NCBI GenBank assembly: GCA_963824995.1
Contig: CAWGRK010000006.1
Span: 256,273-320,272 of the forward strand
Length of the DNA: 64,000 nucleotides
Source of the DNA: an uncultured Actinomycetes bacterium
GTDB lineage: Bacteria > Actinomycetota > Acidimicrobiia > Spongiisociales > DATADW01
Reading direction: 5' to 3'
In this document: positions 62,917 to 64,000 of the stretch, in pieces
How the letters are laid out: every line of letters starts with the position of its first letter
How positions within the stretch are numbered: the first letter of the stretch is position 1
Notes under the pieces: model-generated
What the model was told of the DNA's origin: nothing
The model's database searches: none
Seen by the model: only the letters and a program-made list of their open reading frames with translations
Program-made: the position numbers and the translations under genes

Positions 62917-63894
62917 TCAGCCCTCCAAGGTCCGTCGCGCCGCGCTGAGGATTCGCTCCACGCCTGGAAGGTAGACGTGCTCGGTGCGCTTCAGCGGGAA
63001 CACCGTGTCCCAACCGGTCACCCGCTCCACCGGTGCCTGGAGCGAGTAGAGGGCCTTCTCCTGGATGAGCGCCGCCACCTCGGCGCCGATCCCGGCGGTG
63101 CGGGGGGCCTCGTGGACGACCACCACCCGACCCGTCTTCTCGGCGGATCCGACGAGTGAGCCCGCATCTAGCGGGGAGAGGGTGCGGAGGTCGATCACCT
63201 CCACCGAGACCCCGTCGCCGCCTAGGTGGTCTGCGGCCCGTCGCACCTCGCGCAGCATCGCTCCCCACCCCACCAGGGTCAGGTCGCTCCCGGACCGTTC
63301 GATCCGGGCGGGCCCGATGGGCACCGTGTAGTGGCCGTCGGGGACATCCTCCTTGACCGCCCGGTAGAGCCGTATCGGCTCGAGGAAGATCACCGGATCG
63401 GGATCCTCGATGGCTGCCAGCAACAACCCCTTGGCGTCGTGCGGCGTCCCCGGGACCACCACCTTGAGCCCGGGAGTGTGCACATAGATGGCCTCCGCCG
63501 ATTCGGAGTGGTGCTCGGCGGCGCCGATCCCGCCGCCATAGGGGATGCGAATCACCAGCGGGGCGGTGAAACGATGCCGGCTGCGGTTGCGGATCCGCGA
63601 GACGTGGCTGATCACCTGGTCGAAACCCGGGTAGGAGAACCCCATGAATTGGATCTCGGCCACGGGGCGCAGCCCGGCAACGGCCATCCCGAAGGCGGTC
63701 CCCACGATCCCCGACTCGGCGACCGGGGTGTCCACCACCCTTTCCGAGCCATAGCGCTCGATGAGCCCGTCGGTGACCCGGAAGACACCACCGGTCCGCC
63801 CCACATCCTCACCCAGCAAGATGACGCGCTCATCCTCCTTGAGGGCGCAATCGAGGGCATCGGTGATGGCCTGGGCCAACGTGAGCACCGGCAT
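62917..63894 (-). CDS. 2-oxoacid dehydrogenase E1 beta subunit
   Basis: GEDVG..GGVFR, DTPVAESGI, EIQF, EHHSES, VIDLRTL. Confidence 0.96.
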   Translation of the reverse strand: MPVLTLAQAITDALDCALKEDERVILLGEDVGRTGGVFRVTDGLIERYGSERVVDTPVAESGIVGTAFGMAVAGLRPVAEIQFMGFSYPGFDQVISHVSRIRNRSRHRFTAPLVIRIPYGGGIGAAEHHSESAEAIYVHTPGLKVVVPGTPHDAKGLLLAAIEDPDPVIFLEPIRLYRAVKEDVPDGHYTVPIGPARIERSGSDLTLVGWGAMLREVRRAADHLGGDGVSVEVIDLRTLSPLDAGSLVGSAEKTGRVVVVHEAPRTAGIGAEVAALIQEKALYSLQAPVERVTGWDTVFPLKRTEHVYLPGVERILSAARRTLEG

Positions 63895-64000
63895 CAGCGT
63901 GCCGCGTCGCGCTGCTCGGCGAGGAGCGGGTTGGAGCCCGCGAACATCCGATCGAACAGGTCTGAGCCGGGCAGCGGCTCGAGACCTTCGGCGGCGGCGA
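63894..64000 (-). CDS. E1 alpha subunit, 3' end (partial)
   Basis: ...AAAEGLEPLPGSDLFDRMFA...AR* with TGATG overlap onto the E1 beta start. Confidence 0.7.
   Translation of the reverse strand, partial: AAAEGLEPLPGSDLFDRMFAGSNPLLAEQRDAAR

Overview
High-GC actinobacterial chromosome segment. The gene set (RNase Y, tgt/queA, mshD, CGAAC-N4-GTTCG SOS boxes) suggests Acidimicrobiia; this is inference. Most of it is conserved backbone: hisS-MBL-relA-apt-secF-secD-yajC-tgt-queA-ruvBAC-yebC-pdxTS, the PIM genes (pimA, acyltransferase, PIP synthase), EF-G2-gltA, thrS, tRNAs Val/Val/Cys/Gly, dut, nrdR, LysM/lexA, dapF-miaA-miaB-rny-recA-thpR-cinA, aceB-aceA with a RamB-like regulator, a KhtT/KhtU-like antiporter pair, and 2-oxoacid dehydrogenase E1/E2 genes. 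Six items stand out. (1) A divergent archaeal-type (class II) GAPDH homologue is the third gene of the glyoxylate-shunt operon. (2) A compact type VII-like locus beside tRNA-Val holds an alpha/beta-hydrolase, two WXG100 proteins and a Ubl-FHA-TM-FtsK ATPase, with no other T7SS components. (3) An ~790-bp quasi-palindrome has the MBL-hydrolase gene apparently superimposed in both orientations between inverted heptamer arrays. (4) Intergenic 7-bp tandem repeats are dispersed through the window. (5) An internally deleted DUF222-HNH element carries a perfect SOS box. (6) A toxin-antitoxin remnant cluster sits near the right end. Single-base frameshifts in several conserved genes suggest long-read indel errors. 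All calls are from motif recognition by eye; no database searches were run.
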